DNA of 64,000 nucleotides from an uncultured Candidatus Saccharibacteria bacterium (GTDB taxonomy: Bacteria; Patescibacteriota; UBA1384; DTJR01). Numbering within the stretch: position 1 is the first letter of the stretch; each line of letters opens with the position of its first letter. The translations under genes and the position numbers were made by a program. The notes beneath the pieces are model-generated. The model was given only the letters and a program-made list of their open reading frames with translations, did no database searches and was not told the DNA's origin. The stretch is taken from assembly GCA_964540855.1 (NCBI GenBank), contig CAZIOI010000001.1, forward strand, positions 7,081-71,080, read 5' to 3'. Shown here in pieces: positions 1-9,057 of the stretch.

Positions 1-1314
1 AAGCTCTTCTTGATGAGCATGACCGGAAGTGTGAATATCCATTTGCTTGTAGTCAACAACTTTGGCACCGGCGCGCAAAAGATTGTCATAAACTTCGACA
101 ACTTGGCGTTCATTGCCGGGAATTATCGAACTCGAGAGAATGACCGTATCGCCCGCCTTTATCTTAAAAAAGCGGTGATCGCCGCGGCTCATCCTGGTTA
201 AGGCCGAAGAATCTTCGCCCTGTGTTCCGGTTGATAATACGGCTACTTTCTCGTCAGGGTATTTTGCAGCCTGTTGAGGAGTAATAATCAATCCCTCCGG
301 AAGCTTTAGATAGCCCAATTTACTGGCAACTTCGATAGTGGCAATCATCGAGCGACCGGTAATCGTCAACTTACGATTACAAAATGCCGTAACGTCAATA
401 ATTTGCTGAATTCTGGAGATAAGAGTCGAAAATGAAGAAATAAATATTCTCCCTTTCGATTTGTAGAACAGCTCAGTGAGGTTTGTTTTAATTTCGCTTT
501 CGGAAATAGCGTAGCCACTGTTTCTGGCGCCGGTTGAGTCGATATATAGCGCTAGAACGCCTTTTTTGCCGATTTGCGAAATTTTGCCCATATCAATAAC
601 CGGTTCGTTGATCGGTGTCAGGTCAAACTTAAAATCAGCCGTGTGCACAACCACACCTTCCGGAGTATCGATAACAAGACCAACCGTATCTGGAATGTTA
701 TGATTAACTCTGAAAAAACTAACTGAAAATACACCAAGGCGAAGGTTATCTTTTTCCGGATCGACAACAACTGTTTTCACACGACCAACCAATCCAAATT
801 CTTCGAGCTTCTCTTTTAAGATACCAATTGTCAGATTCGTGCCGTAGATAGTAGGGGAACCAATTTTTTCTATTATATAGGGAATAGCGCCGATATGATC
901 CATGTGACCATGAGTTAAAACTATCCCTCGCACCCTTTGGCGATTTTCGACCAAATACGAAACATCGGGAATAACATAATCAACCCCGGGCATATCATCA
1001 CTGGGAAACGAAAATCCCGCATCAACAACTAAAATATCGTTGCCGTACTCGAGAATACTCATATTCATTCCGACCTGTTCGAGTCCACCCAGGTGGCAAA
1101 GTTTCAGGGTCTTAGATGCCTTAAAATCAATGGTCGTCTGCTGGTTGCTTCTTCCTTCCCTAGGGATTTTCGTCTTCATATTACGATTGTTTGAGCCTTG
1201 GCCGGATTTTCTGACATAATTATTCTTTGCCGGTGACGGCCTAAAATCGTCCAAAGAGGCGTGGTAGGCAGTTTGTTTAACTGCAAGATTTGAATTTCTA
1301 TTATCTTCTGACAT
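1..1314 (-). CDS. rnj: Ribonuclease J (3' end runs off the window; absent from ORF track)
   Basis: Manual translation from ATG 1314 (RBS AAAGGA): CHLGGLEQVGMNM, THGHMDHIG metallo-beta-lactamase motif, HTADFKFD, GTQGE; ~60-aa basic N-terminal extension. Confidence 0.93.
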   Translation of the reverse strand, partial: MSEDNRNSNLAVKQTAYHASLDDFRPSPAKNNYVRKSGQGSNNRNMKTKIPREGRSNQQTTIDFKASKTLKLCHLGGLEQVGMNMSILEYGNDILVVDAGFSFPSDDMPGVDYVIPDVSYLVENRQRVRGIVLTHGHMDHIGAIPYIIEKIGSPTIYGTNLTIGILKEKLEEFGLVGRVKTVVVDPEKDNLRLGVFSVSFFRVNHNIPDTVGLVIDTPEGVVVHTADFKFDLTPINEPVIDMGKISQIGKKGVLALYIDSTGARNSGYAISESEIKTNLTELFYKSKGRIFISSFSTLISRIQQIIDVTAFCNRKLTITGRSMIATIEVASKLGYLKLPEGLIITPQQAAKYPDEKVAVLSTGTQGEDSSALTRMSRGDHRFFKIKAGDTVILSSSIIPGNERQVVEVYDNLLRAGAKVVDYKQMDIHTSGHAHQEEL

Positions 1315-1362
1315 TGTTTAGTCCTTTTGAATACAAGGCGAACCTAGAGAGGTCGCACCTAT

Positions 1363-1941
1363 TTATTCTCCTTTTTTATTTATTTTTTTTAATGCAACAC
1401 GGATTTTTTTAAAATCGTTAAATAGAGTTTCGCGCATACCGCCGTTATACAGTCCGACCGCCGGATGATATAGCGCCATATAAGCCTGACCGTTTTTTTC
1501 AAATGCCCTACCGTGAACAGCCGATATTGGTCCGACAGAGGGTAAAAATCTACCCAAAGAATGCCTCCCAAGACAAACTATGAGTTTGGGTTTGATAATC
1601 TCGATCTGATTCTCAAGATATGGCCAGCAAGCAGCGACTTCTTCCGGTTTGGGATCGCGATTTCCGGGTGGTCTGTGTTTGACAACATTGGCAATGTACA
1701 CGTCTTCTCTTTTAAGGTCTATGGATTCGAGCATCTGATCCAATAGCTTGCCGGCGGCGCCGACAAAAGGCAAACCCTGAAGGTCTTCTTTTTCGCCCGG
1801 ACCCTCACCGACAAACATAATTTCAGCTTCCGCATTGCCGGCGCCGGCAACCGGATTTTTGGCCAACTTATAAAGAGGACAATTTTTGCACTCCTTAACT
1901 TGCTGACATAAAGCTAAAATTCTTTGCTGTTTGCTTTCCAA
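1363..1941 (-). CDS. udg: Uracil-DNA glycosylase family 4 (4Fe-4S type)
   Basis: CxxCxL, VGEGPG..ED..G.PFVG, NVVKHRPPGNRDP, YHPA. Confidence 0.93.
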   Translation of the reverse strand: MESKQQRILALCQQVKECKNCPLYKLAKNPVAGAGNAEAEIMFVGEGPGEKEDLQGLPFVGAAGKLLDQMLESIDLKREDVYIANVVKHRPPGNRDPKPEEVAACWPYLENQIEIIKPKLIVCLGRHSLGRFLPSVGPISAVHGRAFEKNGQAYMALYHPAVGLYNGGMRETLFNDFKKIRVALKKINKKGE

Positions 1942-1976
1942 CTTAAAAACCTTAGAGAACTAAAAACTCTGCAAAT

Positions 1977-2005
1977 ATTATACTCTTATTTTGACCGTGT
2001 GTCAA
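1977..2005 (-). promoter_or_regulatory. Consensus sigma70 promoter for udg-rnj
   Basis: Minus strand TTGACA-17 bp-TATAAT. Confidence 0.85.
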
Positions 2006-2020
2006 GATCTCTCCTGTAAC

Positions 2021-4180
2021 CTATTCTTTGTTGGTCGTCTCGCCGTTTTGCTTGATCGAAAGAGCAATGCGTCCGCGCTCGCGGTCAACCGACAGAACCT
2101 TTACTTTAACGGTTTGTCCGACAGATAGCACATCGGAAACCTTATCAATTCTCTTGGACGCGACCTCGCTGATATGGACCATTCCGGCTTTTCCGGGCAG
2201 AATTTCGACAATGGCACCGATTTCTTTGCCTGAGTTTCGATCTGTTTGAATGTTGACCACCGCACCCTCATAAATCGCGCCAACCTCCGCTTCCGTGAAT
2301 TGCGCTTGGACTAAATCTTCGGCAATCTTGGCAGCGTCAGAATCAGCCGATGAGATCAAGACTGTGCCGTCATCTTCGATATCGACCGAAACCACGTCTT
2401 TTCCTCCGGCTTGGGTGATAATGTTTTGAACGTTTTTACCGCCCGGACCTATGAGCTCGCCGATTCTGGTCGGATCGATTTGCAGTTTAGTTACCCTGGG
2501 CGCGTAAGATGAGATCTCTTGGCGCGGTTTGGCAATCACCTTTTCAACCATATCCATAATTCTCAATCTACCGGCTTTGGCGCGCTCAACGGTTTCTTTG
2601 ATCATTTCAAGCGACAAACCGTCAATTTTGACATCAAGTTGAATGGCAGTTATACCCTCTCGGGTTCCGGCAATCTTAAAGTCCATATCGCCGCCAAAAT
2701 CTTCCAAGCCCTGAAGGTCGGTTAAAACGGCAAAATGATATTTGTCGTCTTCTTTGACAAATTCGACTTCGGGTTTGGCTGTTGCGTTTGACCTCGTGAC
2801 CAAACCCATGGCAATACCGGTGACAGGTGACTTGATGGGGACTCCGGCGTCTAAAAGGGCCAGAGTTGATCCGCAAGTTGCCGCCATCGAGCTCGATCCG
2901 TTAGAAGATAATATTTCGGAAACTAATCTGATCGTATATGGAAAGTCTTCCTTTGTCGGCAAAACCGGCAAGAGAGCTTTTTCAGCCAGCGCCCCATGAC
3001 CGATTTCACGGCGCGATGTGCTTCCCAATCGTTTTACTTCTCCTGTTGAATAAGGAGGGAAGTTATAAAAATGCATATAGCGCTTGGTCGTCTCCGCTTC
3101 CATCGTGTCAATAAATTGCTCCATTCCCGGGGAAGCCAGAGTTGCGATTGTCAACGCTTGAGTTTGCCCACGCGTGAACAAACCCGATCCATGAGTCCTT
3201 GGCAACAGTCCCACCTCGATAGAAATCGGCCTGATCTCGTCGATTTTTCTGCCATCCGGCCTAACGCCGTCATCCAAAATCATACTTCTGATCTCTTTAT
3301 TGAGGAACTTATTGAATGTTTCCTCAAGATCAGCCTGCTTGAATTTGCCCTCGAAGCTGGCTAAGACATCTTCTTTAAGCGCTTCTATTTCCTGCTCTTT
3401 CTCTTGTTGTTCGGTCTTTCGCATCGCAGATCGCAATCGCGCGCCGATGTGCTCTTTAACGACATTTTGTATCTCAACCGTATGATCTTCGGCTGATAAT
3501 CTATCATCTGCCCAAAAAGACGCTTGAGCATCGATCATCTCGCCGATAAACTTTTTGGAATATTCGATCGCTTCATAAACTTTTTCGTCCGGAACTTCCT
3601 TGGCACCGGCCTCAATCATCAAGACTCTGTCACTAGTACCGCAAACAACCAAGTCGAGGCTGCTTTCGGCCATTTGTGATTTGGTCGGGTTTATAACAAA
3701 TTCATTATTTACGAGCCCAACACGGACAGAGCCGACAGGCCCGGCGTAAGGAGCCGGCGACTGGCTAACTGCGGCCGAAGCGGCCAAGAGCGCCAACATA
3801 TCGGGATCGTTCTCCCTATCATAGCTCAAAACTGTGATAATAACCTGAACTTCGTGACGAAAATACTTTGGAAACAACGGTCTTAAAGGTCTATCGACAA
3901 GTCTCGAGGTCAAGACAGCTTCCTCGGAAGGTCTGCCTTCGCGCTTGACAAATCTGGAACCTGAAATTTTACCCGAAGCGTAAAATCTTTCTTCATAATC
4001 AATCGATAACGGCATATAATCTAACTCTGTTGGTTCTTTACCAACAACACATGTTGCCAAAACGGCCGTTTCGCCGCATTCGGCTACGACCGCACCATCG
4101 GCTTGAAGAGCTAACTTGCCCGAAGAGAGCTTGATTTTTTGACCACCAAGCTCGAACTCATGATTTATTGTTTTTATCAT
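2021..4180 (-). CDS. pnp: Polyribonucleotide nucleotidyltransferase (PNPase)
   Basis: Two RNase PH domains (RREIGHG, SNGSSSMA, DFGGDMDFK), KH (IGPGGK) and S1; follows rpsO. Confidence 0.98.
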   Translation of the reverse strand: MIKTINHEFELGGQKIKLSSGKLALQADGAVVAECGETAVLATCVVGKEPTELDYMPLSIDYEERFYASGKISGSRFVKREGRPSEEAVLTSRLVDRPLRPLFPKYFRHEVQVIITVLSYDRENDPDMLALLAASAAVSQSPAPYAGPVGSVRVGLVNNEFVINPTKSQMAESSLDLVVCGTSDRVLMIEAGAKEVPDEKVYEAIEYSKKFIGEMIDAQASFWADDRLSAEDHTVEIQNVVKEHIGARLRSAMRKTEQQEKEQEIEALKEDVLASFEGKFKQADLEETFNKFLNKEIRSMILDDGVRPDGRKIDEIRPISIEVGLLPRTHGSGLFTRGQTQALTIATLASPGMEQFIDTMEAETTKRYMHFYNFPPYSTGEVKRLGSTSRREIGHGALAEKALLPVLPTKEDFPYTIRLVSEILSSNGSSSMAATCGSTLALLDAGVPIKSPVTGIAMGLVTRSNATAKPEVEFVKEDDKYHFAVLTDLQGLEDFGGDMDFKIAGTREGITAIQLDVKIDGLSLEMIKETVERAKAGRLRIMDMVEKVIAKPRQEISSYAPRVTKLQIDPTRIGELIGPGGKNVQNIITQAGGKDVVSVDIEDDGTVLISSADSDAAKIAEDLVQAQFTEAEVGAIYEGAVVNIQTDRNSGKEIGAIVEILPGKAGMVHISEVASKRIDKVSDVLSVGQTVKVKVLSVDRERGRIALSIKQNGETTNKE

Positions 4181-4191
4181 GTTATTTATAG

Positions 4192-4266
4192 AGATCTTCG
4201 GCCCTGAGTTTGGAGCAAAAGTTCCGCCGTAGGCGGACTAGCGCCAATGCTCAAGACCTAAAATCT
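4192..4266 (-). promoter_or_regulatory. Long stem-loop in rpsO-pnp spacer (possible RNase III/processing site)
   Basis: AGATTTTAGGTCTTGAG pairs with CTCAGGGCCGAAGATCT (with G-U pairs), capped by TCCGCC-TAC-GGCGGA. Confidence 0.6.
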
Positions 4267-4286
4267 ACTTCCTTTCTATTTACTTA

Positions 4287-4571
4287 TTACTTTTTAAGTT
4301 TCAACTTACCCGAGAGTTCTTCGTATTTTGGCAAGTCAGTTTTTTTGACGTAATTTAAGAGTCTTCTTCTTTTGCCAACCATGATCAAAAGCCCTCTGCG
4401 GGAATCATAGTCATGCTTGTGCTCCTGAAGATGCTTGGTCAACTGAGTGATTTTGTCGGTAAAATTTTTTACCTGAAAAGAAACCGAACCAGTGTCTTCC
4501 TTCGCGATTTTGGGGGTTTTACTCGGTTTAACTTCTTTAATTTCTTTTTCTTTTGTTACTTCTTTTGTCAT
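4287..4571 (-). CDS. rpsO: 30S ribosomal protein S15
   Basis: DTGS..QV, HLQEHKHDYDSRRGLLIMVGKRRRLLNY. Confidence 0.97.
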   Translation of the reverse strand: MTKEVTKEKEIKEVKPSKTPKIAKEDTGSVSFQVKNFTDKITQLTKHLQEHKHDYDSRRGLLIMVGKRRRLLNYVKKTDLPKYEELSGKLKLKK

Positions 4572-4627
4572 ACGTCCTCTTTAATTACTTAAGAGATGAT
4601 AACAGATTGCGCCAATTTATGCAATCT

Positions 4628-6193
4628 CTACCACTTAGTTTGCTTAATTGTTTTATCCCTCGGGTTTAGGCTCTCTTCGATCTCACTTGTGCCATTATCG
4701 CTATTTTTATAGCCCCCACCGTTTCGTGAATCGTCATTTTGCATCTTTACAAAACCAAGTTCTTCTTCGATTGATTGGGCCGGTGGTAAATCCCGTGCTT
4801 CCAGACCGACGTCAGAAATCGTCTTTTCGGCATTAGGTTTTGGATCCAGATCGATAGGACTACTGATTATTTTTTTATCCTCTGGTTGCTCGGGTTTATC
4901 GGTACGTTGATCAAATACGCTGGTACTTTCATCGTGTGGCGGCGGTACAACTACATCTTTTTTTGCAATTAAATCGTCTTTTGGTCTAGATTGCTGCGAA
5001 ACGACCCGATCTTCAGAAATCTGCTTTTTCTCATTGGCGGGTTTTTTGTAGCCGTTTGATTGGAATTGCCTTATTTTATCCAAAATATTGTTTTGATTCT
5101 CTTTGAGATCACCGTTTAATCTGAAAGCTGCCGCAACTTCATGTCCGCCACCGTTAAACATCTCTGCAACCTGGGCAACATTGAACCCCTTGGCAATTGA
5201 GCGGAGCGAACCGTGAGTATAGCCTTCTCTCTCCGAAAGCAACATCGCAAAATCAACATCCGTGGCCGATTTAAGAAGCTCATCTACCACTCCAGAAAGA
5301 GCGGTTTCATCGGCGCCAACCTTTTCGATATCTGTTTTAGTCACCGCCGACCACAGAAAACGCGAACCGCTGTCCTCTTGGACCGAAGATAAAATAAAAC
5401 CCCAAAGCTTGAGGGTCTCCAATGATTTAGTCTTGTAAAGATTCCTGACAATCCCCTGTTGGTTTGCACCACCGGCCACCAACTGCGCTGCGATTGTTAA
5501 TGATTTCGGCGTAGTGTTAACGTTTTGAAAGCTGGAAGTGTCATAAATCAAACCTGTTAACAGCGCTGTGGCGATTTTTTCGTCAATCAATGGTTTCTCC
5601 TTTGAAAGAGCCTCTATAAGAGAAACTAGAATTTCCGATGTCGATGTTGCCGTTAGCTCAACCCAGTTAACTTTCCCGAATCTTTCGTTTGAAGGATGGT
5701 GGTCGATGTTTACAACAGGAGTTTCATAAAAAATATCTGCCGGCTGAGCAAGTCTGCCCAGTCTCTCGAGATTTGGCGTATCAACGGCAATAATCAGATC
5801 ATAAGTCGGCGCAATTTTTTTGAAACTAATATCCGATTCTTTGAAAACTCCCGATTTTGGTGTAATCACTATTTCAACAGCATTCTCGTTTTCCAGTTTT
5901 TTATAGCCAAGATTTTCGACTTCCGTTAAAGAGGTGTCTAAAATAATAACAAAATCTTTGGAATAACCAATGTTAGTGACTAACTCGGAAATTGATGGTA
6001 AGAAAGTAAAAATTTTTGCAGGCTCATCGGGTACGGCTACGGTTACTTTTTTGCCCATTTTCTCCAAAGCCAGCTTTAGGGCTACGGCGCTACCGAGCGA
6101 GTCCCCATCCGGATTCTTGTGTGACACAACTAAAATATCTGCTGATTGGCGGATTAATTCTGATGCCTGTTGTTTTGGTGATAATTCAATCAT
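4628..6193 (-). CDS. DHH/DHHA1 phosphoesterase (NrnA-like) with ~140-aa low-complexity C-tail
   Basis: SHKNPDGDSLGS, IDHH, GGGH motifs. Confidence 0.88.
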   Translation of the reverse strand: MIELSPKQQASELIRQSADILVVSHKNPDGDSLGSAVALKLALEKMGKKVTVAVPDEPAKIFTFLPSISELVTNIGYSKDFVIILDTSLTEVENLGYKKLENENAVEIVITPKSGVFKESDISFKKIAPTYDLIIAVDTPNLERLGRLAQPADIFYETPVVNIDHHPSNERFGKVNWVELTATSTSEILVSLIEALSKEKPLIDEKIATALLTGLIYDTSSFQNVNTTPKSLTIAAQLVAGGANQQGIVRNLYKTKSLETLKLWGFILSSVQEDSGSRFLWSAVTKTDIEKVGADETALSGVVDELLKSATDVDFAMLLSEREGYTHGSLRSIAKGFNVAQVAEMFNGGGHEVAAAFRLNGDLKENQNNILDKIRQFQSNGYKKPANEKKQISEDRVVSQQSRPKDDLIAKKDVVVPPPHDESTSVFDQRTDKPEQPEDKKIISSPIDLDPKPNAEKTISDVGLEARDLPPAQSIEEELGFVKMQNDDSRNGGGYKNSDNGTSEIEESLNPRDKTIKQTKW

Positions 6194-6307
6194 ATTTTTT
6201 GACTATTGGGATAAATCAAAGTACCAGAAAACCTCGAGTATTGTCAAGATAAGGGATTTATGGTAAAAACAACTCAAGGAAATTTTTTTTAAGTCAGGAG
6301 ACAAGAT

Positions 6308-6592
6308 ATGCCAATCACAAAGTCTGCAATCAAAGCTTTGAAGCAGTCGGAAAAGAAAAGAAAACACAATCTTTCTAAAAAAAGAACTCTTAAAGGAGTA
6401 CTGAAGAGTGCCGAAACAGTCGAGGATATGCCAAAGGCGCAAAGCGTAATTGATAAAACCGCCAAAACAGGTTTGATTCACAAAAACAAAGCAAACCGCC
6501 TCAAATCAAGACTCGCAAAGAGATTGACCAGTCAAGCTAAAGAATCTCCTAAAACCGAAACAAAAGCCAAAAGAACTAAAAAAACAAAATAA
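6308..6592 (+). CDS. rpsT: 30S ribosomal protein S20
   Basis: MPITKSAIK, IDKTAKTGLIHKNKANRLKSRL; RBS AGGAG. Confidence 0.96.
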   Translation: MPITKSAIKALKQSEKKRKHNLSKKRTLKGVLKSAETVEDMPKAQSVIDKTAKTGLIHKNKANRLKSRLAKRLTSQAKESPKTETKAKRTKKTK

Positions 6593-6636
6593 TAAATCCT
6601 CTTTAATACAGGGTCTGTTTTTGCGATAATGATTAC

Positions 6637-7272
6637 ATGGACAAAGAGGGGCTGATTTATTGGTCTAGTGTTGCTTATGAACTGGGAAAGTGGGCTTTCG
6701 CCATTTTGATTATCGGCACACTGCTCCATTATTTTATAGCGACGGTTTTTATTATTTCCGGTCCGTCAATGGAACCGTCTTTTCATAGCGGACAGGTCGT
6801 GATGATCTCAAGAATCGGATTGTTCACCGGTAAATACGAACGTGGCGACCCGATGGTAATCAAGTTTCCCGGCGACCCTGAGAAAAGAAAATATATCAAA
6901 AGATTAATCGGACTCCCGGGAGAAAAGCTGACTATCCAGAGCAATAAAGTTTACATAAACGACAAAAGACTCGACGAATCGTATATTACCGCTGTCGCAG
7001 AGCAGTTTTTGCCAAATTATGCTTATGATTATCAGCAGTGGGAGATAGAAGCCGATTTGTTACACTCGAGGGGTTTGCAGCTAATAAAACCCGACATGAC
7101 AACGTATTTAAAATCGGATGATTATTTTTTGATGGGAGATAACAGGGAAAACTCAAATGACTCTCGCAAGTGGTATCCGGCCTCTAAGTCGGATATGATC
7201 GGGCCGGTAAGATTTGTTCTTTGGCCGCTTAGTGACTGGGGACCGGTCGTCAATCCGTATTACGAGGAATAA
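6637..7272 (+). CDS. lepB: Signal peptidase I
   Basis: TM, SGPSMEP (catalytic Ser), YIKRLIGLPGE (Lys), GDNRENSNDSR. Confidence 0.95.
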   Translation: MDKEGLIYWSSVAYELGKWAFAILIIGTLLHYFIATVFIISGPSMEPSFHSGQVVMISRIGLFTGKYERGDPMVIKFPGDPEKRKYIKRLIGLPGEKLTIQSNKVYINDKRLDESYITAVAEQFLPNYAYDYQQWEIEADLLHSRGLQLIKPDMTTYLKSDDYFLMGDNRENSNDSRKWYPASKSDMIGPVRFVLWPLSDWGPVVNPYYEE

Positions 7273-8868
7273 TCACTTATAATTCTGGACTAGACACAAC
7301 ATCTGCGAGCCAGTTTCGGAATCGTTTATAATTCCCGTCGAAGAACCAACCTTACTAAGGTTTGGGGTTATCAAAGTCTCGTAGTGTCCTCTCTGGGCGG
7401 GGTCTGACAGCTCTCTCTCATTAATCCATTGTTGCACCAATGCCTCTATTGACGCACTAGTTGGACCTCCAACCACATTCTCGGTATTGACTGGATTAAC
7501 ATGTCCACAATTATTTGCCGCTGCCATCTTTTGTATTTGTCCCTCGGCATCTTTCTGTAAATCACTATCAAATTCAAGTTCCTTGAGACCCATACTTTTT
7601 CTTAGTTTATTAACAGCGGCAATAGCCTCTTGTCCGTACTGTTCTTGTTGGGTTGATGTTATATTACCGCCGCCGCTGCCACCGGGAACATCGGCGGCAC
7701 CGATCCCGATATTAGATTCCCCTACATTTTGACCGGATCCGCCCGAAGTACTGCCCGACGAACCGGACGAGCTACCACCTGAGGTTTCGTCTGTCTGACA
7801 AGGACCGAGTGAGATAATTCTATCTTTGTCGGCCATTTTATAGGCCTCGGCGTCTGTTTTATCTTCGGGATAAATAAACGTTTTCTTCTCTTTATAATCC
7901 TTGGATTTATCCTTAGAGTGAACGCAAACTTTATATTTGTCGGTGAGACTCGTGTTTGCCTCGGCGTAATTAACGGCAATAAAAGTACTTTCACATTCCG
8001 ATTTGGGACCGGAAAATGAAGGAACCACAAGAGCCTTGCCGGACCAACTCGATGAATACACAAGACCGGAAAGACTTTGTCCTAACGGGACATCATAAAA
8101 CACCGAACCGCTAATCAGGTTTGCTTCGATAATTTTTTCATCGGTTGTGCCAAACACGCTTTCAAGTTTGTTTTCTTTTTTTAGCTTCGCAATTATTGAT
8201 GTTTTAACTTCGGATGAAATATCAAAAACCTTTCCTCTCTTGGTCCAATCCAAACTGTTATAAAAAGCGCTTTGTACAGAACCAGAATCGGCTTTGATAT
8301 TGCTCACCAAAATTATTTGGCCCTTTTTTGTTCCTTTACATTTTGAATCCGAATCAGCCGAAATTATAGAGGTGGCAGAAAAACCCTGATTGCTCATATA
8401 ACTAAAATCGCCACCGGCCGTTTGTGTGTTGCCGGATGAGCTCGCCTGATCACCAGAGGCGGTTTTTTCTTCCGACGTAGTACTCGCCTTTGCCATTTTC
8501 TTGGCCTTTTCGAGTACGGTTTTACACTTTTTGACGGGAGCGGAAAGGACGTCTTCTGCCGTGGTATTTCCGGTTACGTTTTCGGCATTAAATTCAGTTT
8601 GCGCATTGCCGGTTGTAATGAGTTTTTCTAAAGTAATATACTCCGACGCAATTACAGAATTTGCACATTTTTCGTCATAACCCAGTTTTTTGCAGGCTGC
8701 GCTAATATCTTTCATACATGTCTGATATTCGCCTACATAATTTTTTTCGTCGGCGGAAACTTGACTATAAGCCGATATAATCAAAGCAAAACCGGCAGAT
8801 ATCGCCAGAATACAAGCAGGCAAAATCAGATGACCCAGTTTGTGAACATCTACCTTATTCTTGGTCAT
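7273..8868 (-). CDS. Exported protein with C-terminal CAP/SCP domain
   Basis: N-terminal TM/signal, Cys-containing region, G/S-rich linker, then VNKLRKSMGLKEL..CGH..EN..W..GHYETL. Confidence 0.75.
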   Translation of the reverse strand: MTKNKVDVHKLGHLILPACILAISAGFALIISAYSQVSADEKNYVGEYQTCMKDISAACKKLGYDEKCANSVIASEYITLEKLITTGNAQTEFNAENVTGNTTAEDVLSAPVKKCKTVLEKAKKMAKASTTSEEKTASGDQASSSGNTQTAGGDFSYMSNQGFSATSIISADSDSKCKGTKKGQIILVSNIKADSGSVQSAFYNSLDWTKRGKVFDISSEVKTSIIAKLKKENKLESVFGTTDEKIIEANLISGSVFYDVPLGQSLSGLVYSSSWSGKALVVPSFSGPKSECESTFIAVNYAEANTSLTDKYKVCVHSKDKSKDYKEKKTFIYPEDKTDAEAYKMADKDRIISLGPCQTDETSGGSSSGSSGSTSGGSGQNVGESNIGIGAADVPGGSGGGNITSTQQEQYGQEAIAAVNKLRKSMGLKELEFDSDLQKDAEGQIQKMAAANNCGHVNPVNTENVVGGPTSASIEALVQQWINERELSDPAQRGHYETLITPNLSKVGSSTGIINDSETGSQMLCLVQNYK

Positions 8869-9047
8869 TCAAATAAATCTTTGTTTAATGGTTCTGAATC
8901 ACCAGAACTTTCGCCCTCGTCAACCACCTGAGAGCTTCGGATACCGGTGCCGGATGTTTGACCTTCTTTTTTGGTTAACAAACTTACCAGCACTACAGCA
9001 ATTATAATAACTGCAGCCAAAACTACAAGAAAAAATTTTTTGTTCAT
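8865..9047 (-). CDS. Small single-pass membrane protein
   Basis: MNKK plus hydrophobic helix; 4-nt overlap with next gene, 10 nt after Clp stop. Confidence 0.7.
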   Translation of the reverse strand: MNKKFFLVVLAAVIIIAVVLVSLLTKKEGQTSGTGIRSSQVVDEGESSGDSEPLNKDLFE

Positions 9048-9057
9048 ACAAATCTAA

